Below are positions 30,934 through 41,709 of a stretch of DNA of 64,000 bases, in pieces. The notes under the pieces are model-generated. The model was not told where the DNA came from and searched no databases. It saw only the letters and a program-made list of their open reading frames with translations. The DNA is taken from positions 49,727 to 113,726 of the forward strand of contig CAYTXC010000006.1 in the NCBI GenBank assembly GCA_964441425.1. Reading direction: 5' to 3'. The translations under genes and the position numbers were made by a program. The DNA is from an uncultured Sphingobacterium sp. GTDB lineage: Bacteria; Bacteroidota; Bacteroidia; Chitinophagales; Chitinophagaceae. The first letter of the stretch is position 1; the number at the start of each line of letters is the position of its first letter.

Positions 30934-32106
30934 GAGTCGCTCAATTATCCCTGCAATACCTTGGCCCCCGCCAACGCAGGCTGTCACGATACCATATTTT
31001 TTATTGAGTCGCTTTAGATCCCCGAGCAACTGTACGGTTAATTTAGTACCTGTACAACCCAATGGATGGCCAAGGGCAATAGCTCCACCATTGATATTGA
31101 TAATATCGGGATTTAGGCCTAGTGTTCGGATAACCGCTAGGGATTGAGAAGCAAATGCCTCATTTAATTCTATGAGATCAATTTGTTGCATGGACAGACC
31201 AGCTTGTTTCAATACTTTAGGTATGGCTTCTACAGGACCGATACCCATAACACGAGGGGGCACACCGGCAACGGCTGAACCAACCAATCTTCCAATGGGA
31301 GTCAGGCCTAGTTCATTTACCAAACGTTCACTCATTACCAGAACAAAAGCTGCACCATCACTTGTTTGTGAAGAGTTGCCTGCAGTCACTGAACCGTTTT
31401 GTGCGAAAGCAGGTTTTAACTTTCCTAAGGCCTCTAGTGTAGTATCAGCCCGAACACCTTCATCGGTATCTATCGTAAATTGACGCATTTGTCGTTTTCC
31501 TTTTTCATCCAGATAGATTTCGTCTATGGTAATTGGCAAAATTCCCTCCTTAAAATAACCATTCTGGATAGCCTGCATGGCTTTCTGATGAGAAGCCAAT
31601 GCAAATGCATCTTGATCTTCACGAGTAACCTTGTATTCATTGGCAACGGCTTCTGCAGTGAGTCCCATCCCTAAGTAATAATCAGGATCATCTTGAGCTA
31701 TGGAATATGCAGGTACTGTTTTCCAACCGGCACTCGGTACCATACTCATACTTTCAGTGCCTCCGGCAATGATACATTCTGCCATACCCATCCGGATCTT
31801 GGCAGTTGCAATAGCGATTGTTTCCAATCCAGACGCACAATAACGATTCACCGTCATACCTGGTGCGTGAATACCCACTGCACGTGCAGCGATGATTCGG
31901 CCAACCTGTAATCCCTGTTCTGCTTCCGGAACAGCATTACCAACAATCACATCATCCACCCTCGTCCGATCCAGCTGGGGTACACTAGCTAACAATCCTT
32001 TTATAACCTCTATGGCCAGATCATCGGGCCTTGTAAACCTAAAACCACCTCGCTTTGCTTTAGCAACGGCTGTTCTGTATCCTGCAACAATGTATGCTTC
32101 CTGCAT
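30931..32106 (-). CDS. Acetyl-CoA C-acyltransferase (thiolase)
   Basis: NRYCASG, NEAFASQ, GHPLGCTG, CVGGGQG. Start MQEAY at 32106. Confidence 0.95.
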   Translation of the reverse strand: MQEAYIVAGYRTAVAKAKRGGFRFTRPDDLAIEVIKGLLASVPQLDRTRVDDVIVGNAVPEAEQGLQVGRIIAARAVGIHAPGMTVNRYCASGLETIAIATAKIRMGMAECIIAGGTESMSMVPSAGWKTVPAYSIAQDDPDYYLGMGLTAEAVANEYKVTREDQDAFALASHQKAMQAIQNGYFKEGILPITIDEIYLDEKGKRQMRQFTIDTDEGVRADTTLEALGKLKPAFAQNGSVTAGNSSQTSDGAAFVLVMSERLVNELGLTPIGRLVGSAVAGVPPRVMGIGPVEAIPKVLKQAGLSMQQIDLIELNEAFASQSLAVIRTLGLNPDIININGGAIALGHPLGCTGTKLTVQLLGDLKRLNKKYGIVTACVGGGQGIAGIIERL

Positions 32107-32190
32107 AACTTCCTTATTTATGTTCTTAAAGGTACTCAAAAAATAAATTAGTTGCACAAACAACCAGTTTTTTCGTTTTATCTTAGCAGC

Positions 32191-33222
32191 ATGTATGATT
32201 TGATTCGGAATATATTGTTCCGTTTTGATGCTGAGCGGGTTCACTATTTTTCTATGAACAGTCTTCGGTATCTATGTGCCATTCCAGGGCTTCGATCAAT
32301 GCTCACGGCTTTATTTAAACCCAAAAATATACCTGTAACTGCATTTGGACTCAACTTCCGCAATCCAGTAGGATTAGCAGCTGGTTTTGATAAAAATGCT
32401 ACCTACCTCAATCTTCTGGATATGATGGGATTTGGACACGTGGAGATTGGAACGGTAACACCTCTGGCACAGGATGGAAATGATAAACCCAGATTATTTC
32501 GCTTACCTGCAGACAAAGCCATTATCAACAGAATGGGATTCAATAATGATGGTATGGATATCATTTCCAAAAGGCTACAACATTGGAGAAAAAAATATCC
32601 GCAGTCAAAAATGATTATTGGTGGAAATATCGGAAAAAATAAAGTGACCCCAAACGAAGAAGCCTGGAGCGATTACGTTAAATGTTTTAATGCACTTCAT
32701 CCTTTTGTAGATTATTTTATTGTGAATGTTAGTTCGCCAAATACACCTGGATTAAGGGAACTGCAGGAAAAGCCTGCATTAGAAAAAATATTTCATGCAT
32801 TAAAAGCTGAAAACGAAAAATTAAAGAAACCACTTCCGCTATTATTAAAAATTGCACCAGACCTTACGAATGATCAGCTGAATGATATCTGCACGTTGGC
32901 TATAGAATTAAAATTAAATGGATTGGTAGCCACCAATACAACCATTTCACGAGAGAACCTGTCTAGATCATCTGTTGAGCGTGCAAAAGAAATTGGTGCG
33001 GGTGGATTGAGTGGAAAACCCGTTCTGAAAAGATCAACTGAAGTACTGGATTATCTTTATAAGCATACTAAAGGAGAAATTGCCTTGATCGGATCAGGAG
33101 GCATATTCACGAGTGAAGAGGCTAAAGAAAAAATGCATCACGGAGCGAAGCTCGTTCAAGTATGGACAGGATTTGTATATGAAGGACCTTTTATAGTAAA
33201 AAATATTTGTAAAGATTTATAA
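32191..33222 (+). CDS. pyrD: Quinone-dependent dihydroorotate dehydrogenase (class 2)
   Basis: GLAAGFDKN, NRMGFNN, NVSSPNTPGLR, KIAPDL, GGLSG. Confidence 0.96.
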   Translation: MYDLIRNILFRFDAERVHYFSMNSLRYLCAIPGLRSMLTALFKPKNIPVTAFGLNFRNPVGLAAGFDKNATYLNLLDMMGFGHVEIGTVTPLAQDGNDKPRLFRLPADKAIINRMGFNNDGMDIISKRLQHWRKKYPQSKMIIGGNIGKNKVTPNEEAWSDYVKCFNALHPFVDYFIVNVSSPNTPGLRELQEKPALEKIFHALKAENEKLKKPLPLLLKIAPDLTNDQLNDICTLAIELKLNGLVATNTTISRENLSRSSVERAKEIGAGGLSGKPVLKRSTEVLDYLYKHTKGEIALIGSGGIFTSEEAKEKMHHGAKLVQVWTGFVYEGPFIVKNICKDL

Positions 33223-33231
33223 GCATAATAC

Positions 33232-34011
33232 ATGGAGCAATTATTGACAATTGATGCCCTGATCAGTTTGATCACGCTCGCATCTTTAGAGATCGTTTTA
33301 GGAATTGATAACGTAATCTTTGTATCCATTTTGATGGGGCGTTTGGATGAAAGCCAAAAATTAAAAGCACGTCGATTATGGATGATACTGGGTATCGCTG
33401 TACGTATCAGTTTATTGATGGCCCTAGGTTGGTTAGTAGCCAATGGCAATAAAGAACTATTTGGTTTGGATATCGCCGATAAGCACTATGGCTTTAACTT
33501 AAGAAACCTTATTATGTTTTTAGGAGGTCTTTTCCTCTTATATAAAACCGTTAAAGAGATCCATAATAAACTGGAAGGTGAAGAACATCCAGGAGAAATG
33601 AAAACTAAAGCTGCCTCTTTTGGAAGTATTGTCGGACAAATCATTTTGATCGATATGGTATTCTCGTTTGATAGTATCATTACAGCTGTAGGTATGGCTC
33701 GACATGTAGAAGTGATGATTGTTGCCGTAATCATTGCGATGATCATTATGTTTCTTTTCTCCGATAAGATATCATCCTTCATACACAAGCATCCTACCTT
33801 AAAAATGTTGGCTCTGTCATTCTTATTGATGGTGGGTTTCAGCCTTTTCTTTGAAGGTCTTGAGCCAGTACATGGAGGACATATCCAAAAAGGTTATATC
33901 TATTTTGCTATGGCATTCTCTTTTAGCGTAGAACTGCTCAATATGCGTATGCGTAAAAAAGAAAAAGCAAGAAAGCCAGTGGAATTAAGAGAACCCGTTT
34001 TACCGAAATAA
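33232..34011 (+). CDS. TerC family integral membrane protein
   Basis: LEIVLGIDN, DMVFSFDSIITAVG, KGYIYFAMAFS. Confidence 0.92.
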   Translation: MEQLLTIDALISLITLASLEIVLGIDNVIFVSILMGRLDESQKLKARRLWMILGIAVRISLLMALGWLVANGNKELFGLDIADKHYGFNLRNLIMFLGGLFLLYKTVKEIHNKLEGEEHPGEMKTKAASFGSIVGQIILIDMVFSFDSIITAVGMARHVEVMIVAVIIAMIIMFLFSDKISSFIHKHPTLKMLALSFLLMVGFSLFFEGLEPVHGGHIQKGYIYFAMAFSFSVELLNMRMRKKEKARKPVELREPVLPK

Positions 34012-34018
34012 ACATAGC

Positions 34019-34720
34019 TCACCGATGGGTTAGCAAGACAGCAGCTGTAATGGCTGCTGTTTCTGTTCTTAGCCGAGTACTACCCAAGGATACTTCTTTA
34101 AATCCAGAAGAAATAGCCAACTGAACTTCATCGGGGGTGAAATCGCCTTCAGGACCAATCAATATCCTCACTTGATCTTTCCACGGAATGGTTTGCAATT
34201 CGGATTTGTTGTTATGCAAACAATGGGCAATGAATTTAGTAGAAGGAGATGCATCACGAATAAAAGCTTCGAAGGTAACCGGACTGGTTAATTCAGTCAA
34301 CCAGTATTGCTGACTCTGCTGCATGGCACTGACCAATATTGTTTTCCAACGCTCAGCCTTGTATTGCTGCCTCTCGGTTCGTCTGGTTATAAGCGGAACT
34401 ATTGTAGTGATTCCTAGTTCTGCTGCTTTTTCTAAAAACCACTCAAATCGTGCAGCATTTTTTAAAGGTGAAATGGCGATGCAGATGGAATTGCCTTGTT
34501 CAGGAAAATATTCTTCAGAAGTTATCGATACGATACATGATTTTTTTTCGGCAGAACGAATTTCTGCTTCTGCCTTTAATCCTTGTCCGTTTGTAAGTAA
34601 AATTTTATCTCCAGCTTTCATCCGAAGCACCTGGACAACATGTCGGGCCGTATCTTCATCCAGTTCAAAATCGTTTGCACCAGACTTCAATTCAGAAGCG
34701 TAGAATAAAGACAAGTTCAT
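34019..34720 (-). CDS. rsmE: 16S rRNA m3U1498 methyltransferase RsmE
   Basis: HVVQVLRM, EKAAELG, IGPEGDF, LGSTRLRTETA. Confidence 0.95.
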   Translation of the reverse strand: MNLSLFYASELKSGANDFELDEDTARHVVQVLRMKAGDKILLTNGQGLKAEAEIRSAEKKSCIVSITSEEYFPEQGNSICIAISPLKNAARFEWFLEKAAELGITTIVPLITRRTERQQYKAERWKTILVSAMQQSQQYWLTELTSPVTFEAFIRDASPSTKFIAHCLHNNKSELQTIPWKDQVRILIGPEGDFTPDEVQLAISSGFKEVSLGSTRLRTETAAITAAVLLTHR

Positions 34721-34722
34721 GA

Positions 34723-36294
34723 TCAGAAAGGAGTATCGTCTTCATCATTGAAAGGAACATCATTCATCTTACTTCCTTTCTGTATATATAATTTTGCGCC
34801 TTCTTCTTCAGCAGCAGCCATGGGTTTCCAGCTTGCACCCTGTGGCATTTGGCTACGTCCTTCATCCAAAGTTCCATCATCAGCAAACTTTTGAATGTGC
34901 AACATGGCTCGAAGCTTGATCGTTTCTAACGAACCATTACGATGTTTAGCTATACGAACATGTGTTTCACCCTTTGTACTTTCACCAAATTCATTGGCAT
35001 TCATTTCATAATACTCCGGCCGATAAATGAACATGACCATATCAGCATCCTGCTCGATCGCTCCAGACTCACGAAGATCACTCAACTGAGGCATCTTATT
35101 TCCATCTTTACGTTTTTCCACCTCACGACTTAACTGGGATAAAGCCAGAATGGGTATATCCAACTCCTTGGCCAGTTGCTTCAAATTTCGAGAAATCGTA
35201 CTGATCTCCTGTTCACGATTACTATTACGATTTTCACTACCCCCACTCATCAACTGTAAATAGTCGATTATAATCAATCCGACATTATGCTTTTGCACCA
35301 AACGGCGACATTTTGCTCTGAATTCAAAAATATTGAGTGCAGCAGAGTCATCTATGAAAATTGGTGCCTGTGAAAGCGGTTCAATTCCTTTTTTAAATAA
35401 TTGCTGCATCTCATAATCTTCCATTTTTCCACGGGAGATCTTCTCTAACCAAATTTCACTTTCTGCAGAAAGTATCCTGGCTACCAATTGTGCCGAACTC
35501 ATCTCCAAACTGAAAAAAGCAACAGGTGTGGGTTTGGTTGGATGCATAGCTGCGTTACGTGCAAGATTCAATGCCAAAGCTGTTTTACCTACGGCAGGAC
35601 GAGCGGCAAGTATAACAAGATCCGATTTCTGCCATCCGTACGTTACTCTGTCTAATGATGGAAAACCACTCGGCACACCTGTGATTTCCTCCTGACGCGT
35701 CCGCATGTCTTCGATACGCTTTATCGTTTTCATCAACACTTTATCAATCGAATCGAAATTCTTCTTCAAGTGACTGTTGGTGATCTCAAATAATTTACCC
35801 TCCGCATCATCTAATAAATCAAAAACATCAGTACTATCCTCGTAAGCTTGCCCGATGATCTCGCCAGATATCCGTATCAATTCACGTTGTATGAATTTTT
35901 GGAGGATGATACGACAATGGGTTTCAACATTCGCCGCTGATACAACAAAATTGGTCAGTTTGGTAAGATAATACGCTCCGCCAACAATTTCTAATTCACC
36001 ACTGGTTTTAAGTTCCTCCACTACGGTTAGTAGATCAATAGGACTGTTTTTACCAGCCAGAGAGATCATGGATTTAAATATGCGTTGATGAGCATCAACA
36101 TAAAAACATTCAGGCTTTATCTGCTCAACTACTATATCAAAAGCTGTTTTCTCCAACATTATAGCTCCTAATATCGCCTCTTCCAATTCTTTGGATTGAG
36201 GAGGTATTTTTCCATATACCAAAGTACTCAGATCCTTCACCTGAGGCCTGCGATTCTTCCGGTCACGATCACGATTTATATTAGTTAGTTCCAT
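34723..36294 (-). CDS. dnaB: Replicative DNA helicase DnaB
   Basis: PPQSKELEEAILG, AARPAVGKT, IDYLQLM, SQLSR, DLRESGAIEQDAD, IAKHRNG. No intein seen. Confidence 0.98.
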   Translation of the reverse strand: MELTNINRDRDRKNRRPQVKDLSTLVYGKIPPQSKELEEAILGAIMLEKTAFDIVVEQIKPECFYVDAHQRIFKSMISLAGKNSPIDLLTVVEELKTSGELEIVGGAYYLTKLTNFVVSAANVETHCRIILQKFIQRELIRISGEIIGQAYEDSTDVFDLLDDAEGKLFEITNSHLKKNFDSIDKVLMKTIKRIEDMRTRQEEITGVPSGFPSLDRVTYGWQKSDLVILAARPAVGKTALALNLARNAAMHPTKPTPVAFFSLEMSSAQLVARILSAESEIWLEKISRGKMEDYEMQQLFKKGIEPLSQAPIFIDDSAALNIFEFRAKCRRLVQKHNVGLIIIDYLQLMSGGSENRNSNREQEISTISRNLKQLAKELDIPILALSQLSREVEKRKDGNKMPQLSDLRESGAIEQDADMVMFIYRPEYYEMNANEFGESTKGETHVRIAKHRNGSLETIKLRAMLHIQKFADDGTLDEGRSQMPQGASWKPMAAAEEEGAKLYIQKGSKMNDVPFNDEDDTPF

Positions 36295-36409
36295 GCGAAG
36301 TGTAGAGGTTATGGGTTAAAGCGTCCGTCTAAAAAACATAGCCGGGCGACGAATTTACTTCCAAAAGATGGGGATTAAAAAAAATCCCTCACAATTAATT
36401 TTCTAAGCG

Positions 36410-36471
36410 TCTTCCACAAGGTTTTCCACGAAAAAAAAGGCTTTTACACAGAAACCTGGCTGATATCCACA
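36410..36471 (+). promoter_or_regulatory. Four co-oriented DnaA-box-like 9-mers between the divergent dnaB and pheT
   Basis: TCTTCCACA 36410, TTTTCCACG 36422, TTTTACACA 36442 (exact TTWTNCACA) and ATATCCACA 36463. Confidence 0.55.
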
Positions 36472-36530
36472 AAACATCTATTCAAGCATTACGTTATCTT
36501 TGCGAACAGTCAATTTACACAAGCAACATT

Positions 36531-38966
36531 ATGACAATTTCATATAAATGGCTTCTCGACTATCTTCCGGTGACACTTTCGCCTGAAGAAGTAGCTTCTA
36601 TCCTAAATTCGATTGGGCTTGAAGTAGAGAAAATGGAAGCATATCAGGAAGTTAAGGGTGGGATGAAAGGCCTTGTACTTGGAGAAGTAATAGAAGTGGA
36701 AAAACATCCAAATGCCGATAAACTTTCCATAACCAAAGTTCATATTGGTGGAGATTCCCCTTTGTCTATTGTTTGTGGCGCTCCCAATGTAGCAGCCGGA
36801 CAAAAGGTGATCGTAGCTCCGGTTGGGGTTACCATCTACCCTACCACCGGCGAACCGCTTACTATGCGGGTAGCCAAAATCCGCGGAGTGGAAAGTCAGG
36901 GCATGATCTGTGCTGAAGACGAGATCGGATTAGGTACTTCTCATGATGGAATAATGGTTTTAGATCCATCCATTGTTCCTGGCACTTCTGCCATTGACTA
37001 TTTTCAACCTTACGAAGACGTAGTCTTTGAAATCGGACTCACCCCAAATAGAAGTGATGCCATGAGTCATCTTGGTGTTGCACGTGATATTTGTGCCTAT
37101 TTATCTCATCATCGTAAACAGGTACTTACGGTAAAGACACCTTATCCAACAGAGGAATGGAAAACCGCTGATTCATCACGCACTATTAAAATTGACGTTC
37201 AAGATACTACTGCATGCCCTCGATATTCAGGGGTAACTATTTCAGGCGTTAACATCGGCCCTTCACCTAAATGGTTAGTAGAGCGATTAAAAGCCATTGG
37301 AGTTCGCCCAATCAATAATATTGTTGATATAACCAATTATGTGTTGCATGAAACCGGTCAGCCTCTTCATGCCTTTGATGCAACCAAGATCGAAGGCGAT
37401 ACCATTATTGTGAAAAAACTGTCAACCAAAAGCACTTTTCGTTCTCTTGATGATAAAGAAAGGCAATTGCATGCTGATGATCTGATGATTTGTGATGGTA
37501 ATGAAACACCCATGTGTATGGCTGGAGTATTTGGTGGGAAAAACAGCGGAGTGAGTGATCAGACTTCGGAGATTTTTTTAGAAAGTGCCCTCTTCGAAGG
37601 AGGTATGATCCGAAAATCTTCTTTCCGACATCATCTCAGAACGGATGCGGCAACACATTTTGAAAAGGGAATTGACATCGGCAATACGGTTAATGTATTG
37701 AAAAGGGCGGCATGGCTTATCGTAGATATCGCAGGAGGAAAAATTACCTCTCCCATTCAGGATATTTATCCGCAACCTGTACAACCCAAAATGGTTAGCA
37801 CATCTTATAGTTTCTTGCATAAGTTAAGTGGTAAAGCGTACGAGCCTCAAACGGTCCAAACGATCTTAACTGCTCTTGGATTTATGATTATAGATTCAAA
37901 TGAAGATACATTCACCGTCCAAGTACCTCTTCATAAAACAGATGTGACTATGCCTGCTGATCTGGCTGAGGAAGTGATGCGCATAGATGGTTTTGATAAT
38001 ATTGAGATCCCGGCTTCCATTATGATCACACCCTCTACCGAAGAAAATCATCTGGCTCCATTAGTAAAAGAAAAAATCTCGAATATTCTGGCTGGTATGG
38101 GATTTCAGGAAATCTTGAACAATTCGATTACCAATAGCGCATTCCTTACTGAAGCTGAAGCTGCAACAGCAGTAAAGATGATGAACAATTTAAGTGCGGA
38201 GCTTGACTCGCTTCGTGTGTCTATGCTGGAAACAGGACTGCAAACTGTAGTGCATAATCTTAATCACAAAAACCAACATCTGCGTTTGTTTGAATTCGGT
38301 AAAACCTATTCTACAACTGGTGCAGGAAATTATACAGAGGTAGAACACCTGGCTTTATTCTTAACCGGTAAAACCAGAATTGAAAATTGGCATTATAAAA
38401 AAGAGCAATCCGATATTTATTATCTGAAAGGTACACTCCAAGCATTATGTGCTCAGATGGGCATCACTCAACTTCATTTTCAAGAAACGAATCACCCTAA
38501 ATTGTCAGAACATTTAACTATTTATTCTGGCGAAACATTATTAGGAAGCATTGGCAAAGTGAACCATGTGATGGCTGAGCGATTCGATTGTAAAGCTGAT
38601 GTGTATGTCGCGGATATTTTGTGGGAGAATGCACTAACACTGGCAAGCAATGTTGACATACGATACAAAGAAATATCTCGTTTCCCGGCGGTGCAACGAG
38701 ATCTGGCATTTCTAGTAGATCGCTATCTTGCCTACAATAAAGTGGAAGAAACAGTATTGGCTAATCGATTACCAAAGCTTCGTCAGGTTAGTCTTTTTGA
38801 TGTGTTTGAAAGCGATAAACTGGGGGCAGGAAAGAAATCTATGGCCTTAAGCTTTACCTTCCTGGATGAAGAAAAGACCTTGACGGATAAGGAAATTGAT
38901 GACATGATGAACAAGATCATCGTTTCGCTGGAAAAGGAACTTAATGCTGAAATTCGAAAGAACTGA
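36531..38966 (+). CDS. pheT: Phenylalanyl-tRNA synthetase beta subunit
   Basis: KHPNADKL, VCGAPNV, GLTPNRSD, RFPAVQRDLA and a C-terminal FDX-ACB domain. TATCTTTG box at 36495-36502. Confidence 0.98.
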   Translation: MTISYKWLLDYLPVTLSPEEVASILNSIGLEVEKMEAYQEVKGGMKGLVLGEVIEVEKHPNADKLSITKVHIGGDSPLSIVCGAPNVAAGQKVIVAPVGVTIYPTTGEPLTMRVAKIRGVESQGMICAEDEIGLGTSHDGIMVLDPSIVPGTSAIDYFQPYEDVVFEIGLTPNRSDAMSHLGVARDICAYLSHHRKQVLTVKTPYPTEEWKTADSSRTIKIDVQDTTACPRYSGVTISGVNIGPSPKWLVERLKAIGVRPINNIVDITNYVLHETGQPLHAFDATKIEGDTIIVKKLSTKSTFRSLDDKERQLHADDLMICDGNETPMCMAGVFGGKNSGVSDQTSEIFLESALFEGGMIRKSSFRHHLRTDAATHFEKGIDIGNTVNVLKRAAWLIVDIAGGKITSPIQDIYPQPVQPKMVSTSYSFLHKLSGKAYEPQTVQTILTALGFMIIDSNEDTFTVQVPLHKTDVTMPADLAEEVMRIDGFDNIEIPASIMITPSTEENHLAPLVKEKISNILAGMGFQEILNNSITNSAFLTEAEAATAVKMMNNLSAELDSLRVSMLETGLQTVVHNLNHKNQHLRLFEFGKTYSTTGAGNYTEVEHLALFLTGKTRIENWHYKKEQSDIYYLKGTLQALCAQMGITQLHFQETNHPKLSEHLTIYSGETLLGSIGKVNHVMAERFDCKADVYVADILWENALTLASNVDIRYKEISRFPAVQRDLAFLVDRYLAYNKVEETVLANRLPKLRQVSLFDVFESDKLGAGKKSMALSFTFLDEEKTLTDKEIDDMMNKIIVSLEKELNAEIRKN

Positions 38967-38998
38967 TCTACCTTTAAACAAGCATTAGATATTCTTTA

Positions 38999-39367
38999 AT
39001 GACAACGATCGAAAAAATAAACCTGATATCTGGGAAAATACAGCAACTGCTTCACAAGCAGCAGGATATGATCGGTCAAAATCAGACATTACAGGCGATG
39101 CTTGAACAACAAAAAGCATTACTTCTACAAGAACAGGAAGAGAATAGCAGGTTAAGAGCAGATCTTACGATTACACAGAGGGAATTAGAGCGCAGAACGC
39201 TGGTGGAAGGTGATTTAAAAATAAAGGTATCAGAACTGGAAGTGCAGGTTGAAAGTCTGAGAAATGGTTCCGGATCCATGGATAAAGCCACTCGGGAAGC
39301 AATGGAGAAGCAATTGGATCATTACATCAAGGAGATTGATAAGTGTATTGCTTTATTGAGTCAATAG
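38999..39367 (+). CDS. Coiled-coil hypothetical protein (ZapB-like position between pheT and zapA)
   Basis: Heptad-rich; ends in IKEIDKCIALLS; position matches the pheT-X-zapA-rny order. Confidence 0.65.
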   Translation: MTTIEKINLISGKIQQLLHKQQDMIGQNQTLQAMLEQQKALLLQEQEENSRLRADLTITQRELERRTLVEGDLKIKVSELEVQVESLRNGSGSMDKATREAMEKQLDHYIKEIDKCIALLSQ

Positions 39368-39368
39368 A

Positions 39369-39626
39369 TCAGACCCGTTTAACCATACGGATTCTAGCCC
39401 GTCTTTCTCCATCGGTAAGTTCAAGAGAATAAACACCATAAGGAAGATTATCTAGCCCGTCCCAATTAACATCGGTTTGATCGTCTTCAATAACGGCAGA
39501 CATGCTTCTTATAACACTCCCTTTTTCATCCTTAAGGATGGCGTGTAGAGAAGCAGGTCGCTCAGTTTGATCCAGTTCCAAAACTACGGCATCAATAAAT
39601 ACCGGGAATTTGGGTTTTGCTAGCAT
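39369..39626 (-). CDS. 85-aa stand-alone T9SS CTD/FlgD-Ig-like protein
   Basis: Pattern ...LKDEKGSVIR...WDGLDNLPYGVYSLELTDG...RMVKRV resembles type-A CTDs. No signal peptide. Confidence 0.6.
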   Translation of the reverse strand: MLAKPKFPVFIDAVVLELDQTERPASLHAILKDEKGSVIRSMSAVIEDDQTDVNWDGLDNLPYGVYSLELTDGERRARIRMVKRV

Positions 39627-39725
39627 AGACGATCATTTTAAAAAATGGATAGTCTTCATGGGGAAGGATGGAAATTCGAAGGAACGGTGGATAATTGGGG
39701 GATAAAAATAATTTTTTTTAGATAT

Positions 39726-39995
39726 ATGCCAAATTTTATTTCACTCACGATAACCATAGGCGATCGAAACTTTAAGGTGAAGGTCGAGGAAAAGGACCAG
39801 GCTGCCGTGCTCAAAGCCTGCGACCAGATTAATGCCAAAATCATGGAATTAAAGTCCAATTACGGAGGCAAAGACATGCAAGACTTTCTATCCATGGCAC
39901 TTTTATCGTTTTTATCCCCAGATGCTAACCTTTTGAAAGAGAAAGAAGAGATCGATGCCGCATTGGATCAGCTGAATACCCTTTTAGACTCTTAA
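39726..39995 (+). CDS. zapA: Cell division protein ZapA
   Basis: ITIGDRNFKVKV...KACDQINAKIMELK...KDMQDFLSMALL. ATG 39726 preferred. Confidence 0.85.
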   Translation: MPNFISLTITIGDRNFKVKVEEKDQAAVLKACDQINAKIMELKSNYGGKDMQDFLSMALLSFLSPDANLLKEKEEIDAALDQLNTLLDS

Positions 39996-40097
39996 AGCCT
40001 ACCGGAGAATTCCCATAATTATTGCTTATCTTCGTTCGTTAGGGCACATATGTGCCTGAAAAAGACTTATTTGTGAACAAGAAAAACAAACGTAGAA

Positions 40098-41657
40098 ATG
40101 GATTTCATACCTATAATAATTGGATTAGGGGCACTGATAGTGGGGGTAATAGCAGGAAGGCTAATTTTCGCCCGAGACACTAAAAAACAACTGGTAGAGG
40201 CTGAACAGCAGGCCGAAAAAATCATCGCTGACGCAAAAGCCCAGTCGGAAACGATCAAAAAAGAAAAAATGCTCGAGGCAAAAGAGAATTTTGTTCAACT
40301 CAAAGCCGAGCATGACAAAGAGATTCTTGAAAAGAATCGCAAAATCAATGAAGCTGAAAATCGTATCCGCCAAAAAGAGCAATCTATCAATTCTAAAGTT
40401 GAAAATTTAGATCGTCAGACCAAGGAAAACGATGCGATAAAAGAGAATTTAAATCGTCAGATCGAGGTCGTTAATCAAAAACGTACTGAGCTTGAAAAGC
40501 ATCAGGAGGAGCATATCCGTCGCCTTGAAAAAGTTGCTGGTTTAACTGCTGAAGAAGCTAAGGTTCAGTTGGTTGAAAGTCTAAAACAAGAGGCTCAAAC
40601 ACAGGCTCTTTCGCTTCAACAGGAGATCATTGAAGATGCCAAACAAAAAGCGAATAAAGAAGCGCGGAAAATCATTATACAAAGTATTCAGCGTACTGCT
40701 GCTGAGCAAACTATTGAAAATACGGTAACGGTATTTAATCTGGAAAGTGACGAGATCAAAGGACAGATTATTGGTCGGGAAGGTCGTAACATTCGGGCGA
40801 TAGAGGCGGCAACGGGTGTGGATCTGATTGTGGATGATACTCCGGAAGCTATTGTACTTTCTTCTTTCGATCCACTTCGTCGTGAGATCGCTCGTTTATC
40901 TCTTCAACGTTTGGTTGCAGATGGACGTATCCATCCAGCCCGTATTGAAGAAGTAGTAGAAAAGACCCGTCGCCAGATCGAAGAACAGGTGATGGAGATC
41001 GGTGAACGTACTGTAATTGAACTGGGTATCCATGGGCTTCATAAGGAACTGGTACGAGTAGTTGGAAAGATGCGATTCCGATCATCATATGGTCAGAACT
41101 TATTGATGCACAGTCGTGAAGTAGCCAACCTATGCGGTATCATGGCAGCAGAACTTGGGTTAAATCCTAAACTGGCAAAACGTGCTGGTTTATTGCACGA
41201 TATTGGTAAAGTTCCAGATGAAGAAACTGAATTGAGCCATGCGCTTTTAGGTGGCAAACTAGCGGAGAAATATGGTGAAAATCCTGCCGTAGTGAATGCC
41301 ATCGCTGCGCACCACGATGAGATGGAGATGCAATATGTTATCTCCCCTATCATCCAGGCTTGTGATGCTATCAGCGGTGCCCGCCCAGGTGCTCGTCGCG
41401 AAATCATGCAGCAGTACATCCAGCGTATTAAAGACCTGGAAAACCTGGCCATGACCTACCAAGGTGTTGAAAAAGCCTATGCTATTCAGGCTGGTAGGGA
41501 GTTAAGGGTAATAGTAGAAGCTGATAAGGTTACAGATAACGATACAGAAAAGATCAGTTTTGAGATGGCTCAGAAAATCCAGAATGAGATGACTTACCCA
41601 GGACAGATCAAAGTAACGGTAATCAGAGAAAAAAGAACCGTAAACGTAGCCCGTTAA
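40098..41657 (+). CDS. rny: Ribonuclease Y
   Basis: N-terminal TM, coiled coil, KH domain ([13 protein letters not shown]), HD motif (LLHDIGK). Confidence 0.98.
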   Translation: MDFIPIIIGLGALIVGVIAGRLIFARDTKKQLVEAEQQAEKIIADAKAQSETIKKEKMLEAKENFVQLKAEHDKEILEKNRKINEAENRIRQKEQSINSKVENLDRQTKENDAIKENLNRQIEVVNQKRTELEKHQEEHIRRLEKVAGLTAEEAKVQLVESLKQEAQTQALSLQQEIIEDAKQKANKEARKIIIQSIQRTAAEQTIENTVTVFNLESDEIKGQIIGREGRNIRAIEAATGVDLIVDDTPEAIVLSSFDPLRREIARLSLQRLVADGRIHPARIEEVVEKTRRQIEEQVMEIGERTVIELGIHGLHKELVRVVGKMRFRSSYGQNLLMHSREVANLCGIMAAELGLNPKLAKRAGLLHDIGKVPDEETELSHALLGGKLAEKYGENPAVVNAIAAHHDEMEMQYVISPIIQACDAISGARPGARREIMQQYIQRIKDLENLAMTYQGVEKAYAIQAGRELRVIVEADKVTDNDTEKISFEMAQKIQNEMTYPGQIKVTVIREKRTVNVAR

Positions 41658-41709
41658 TAAGCAATAACCCACTGCAGTAGAGTTTTTTATGAAAATGCCA
41701 AGGGAAAAA

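Noticed and set aside
39996-40097. 6S RNA in its common position after zapA
   Set aside because: The gap is only about 100 nt and is taken up by the rny promoter and leader; no long irregular hairpin is visible.
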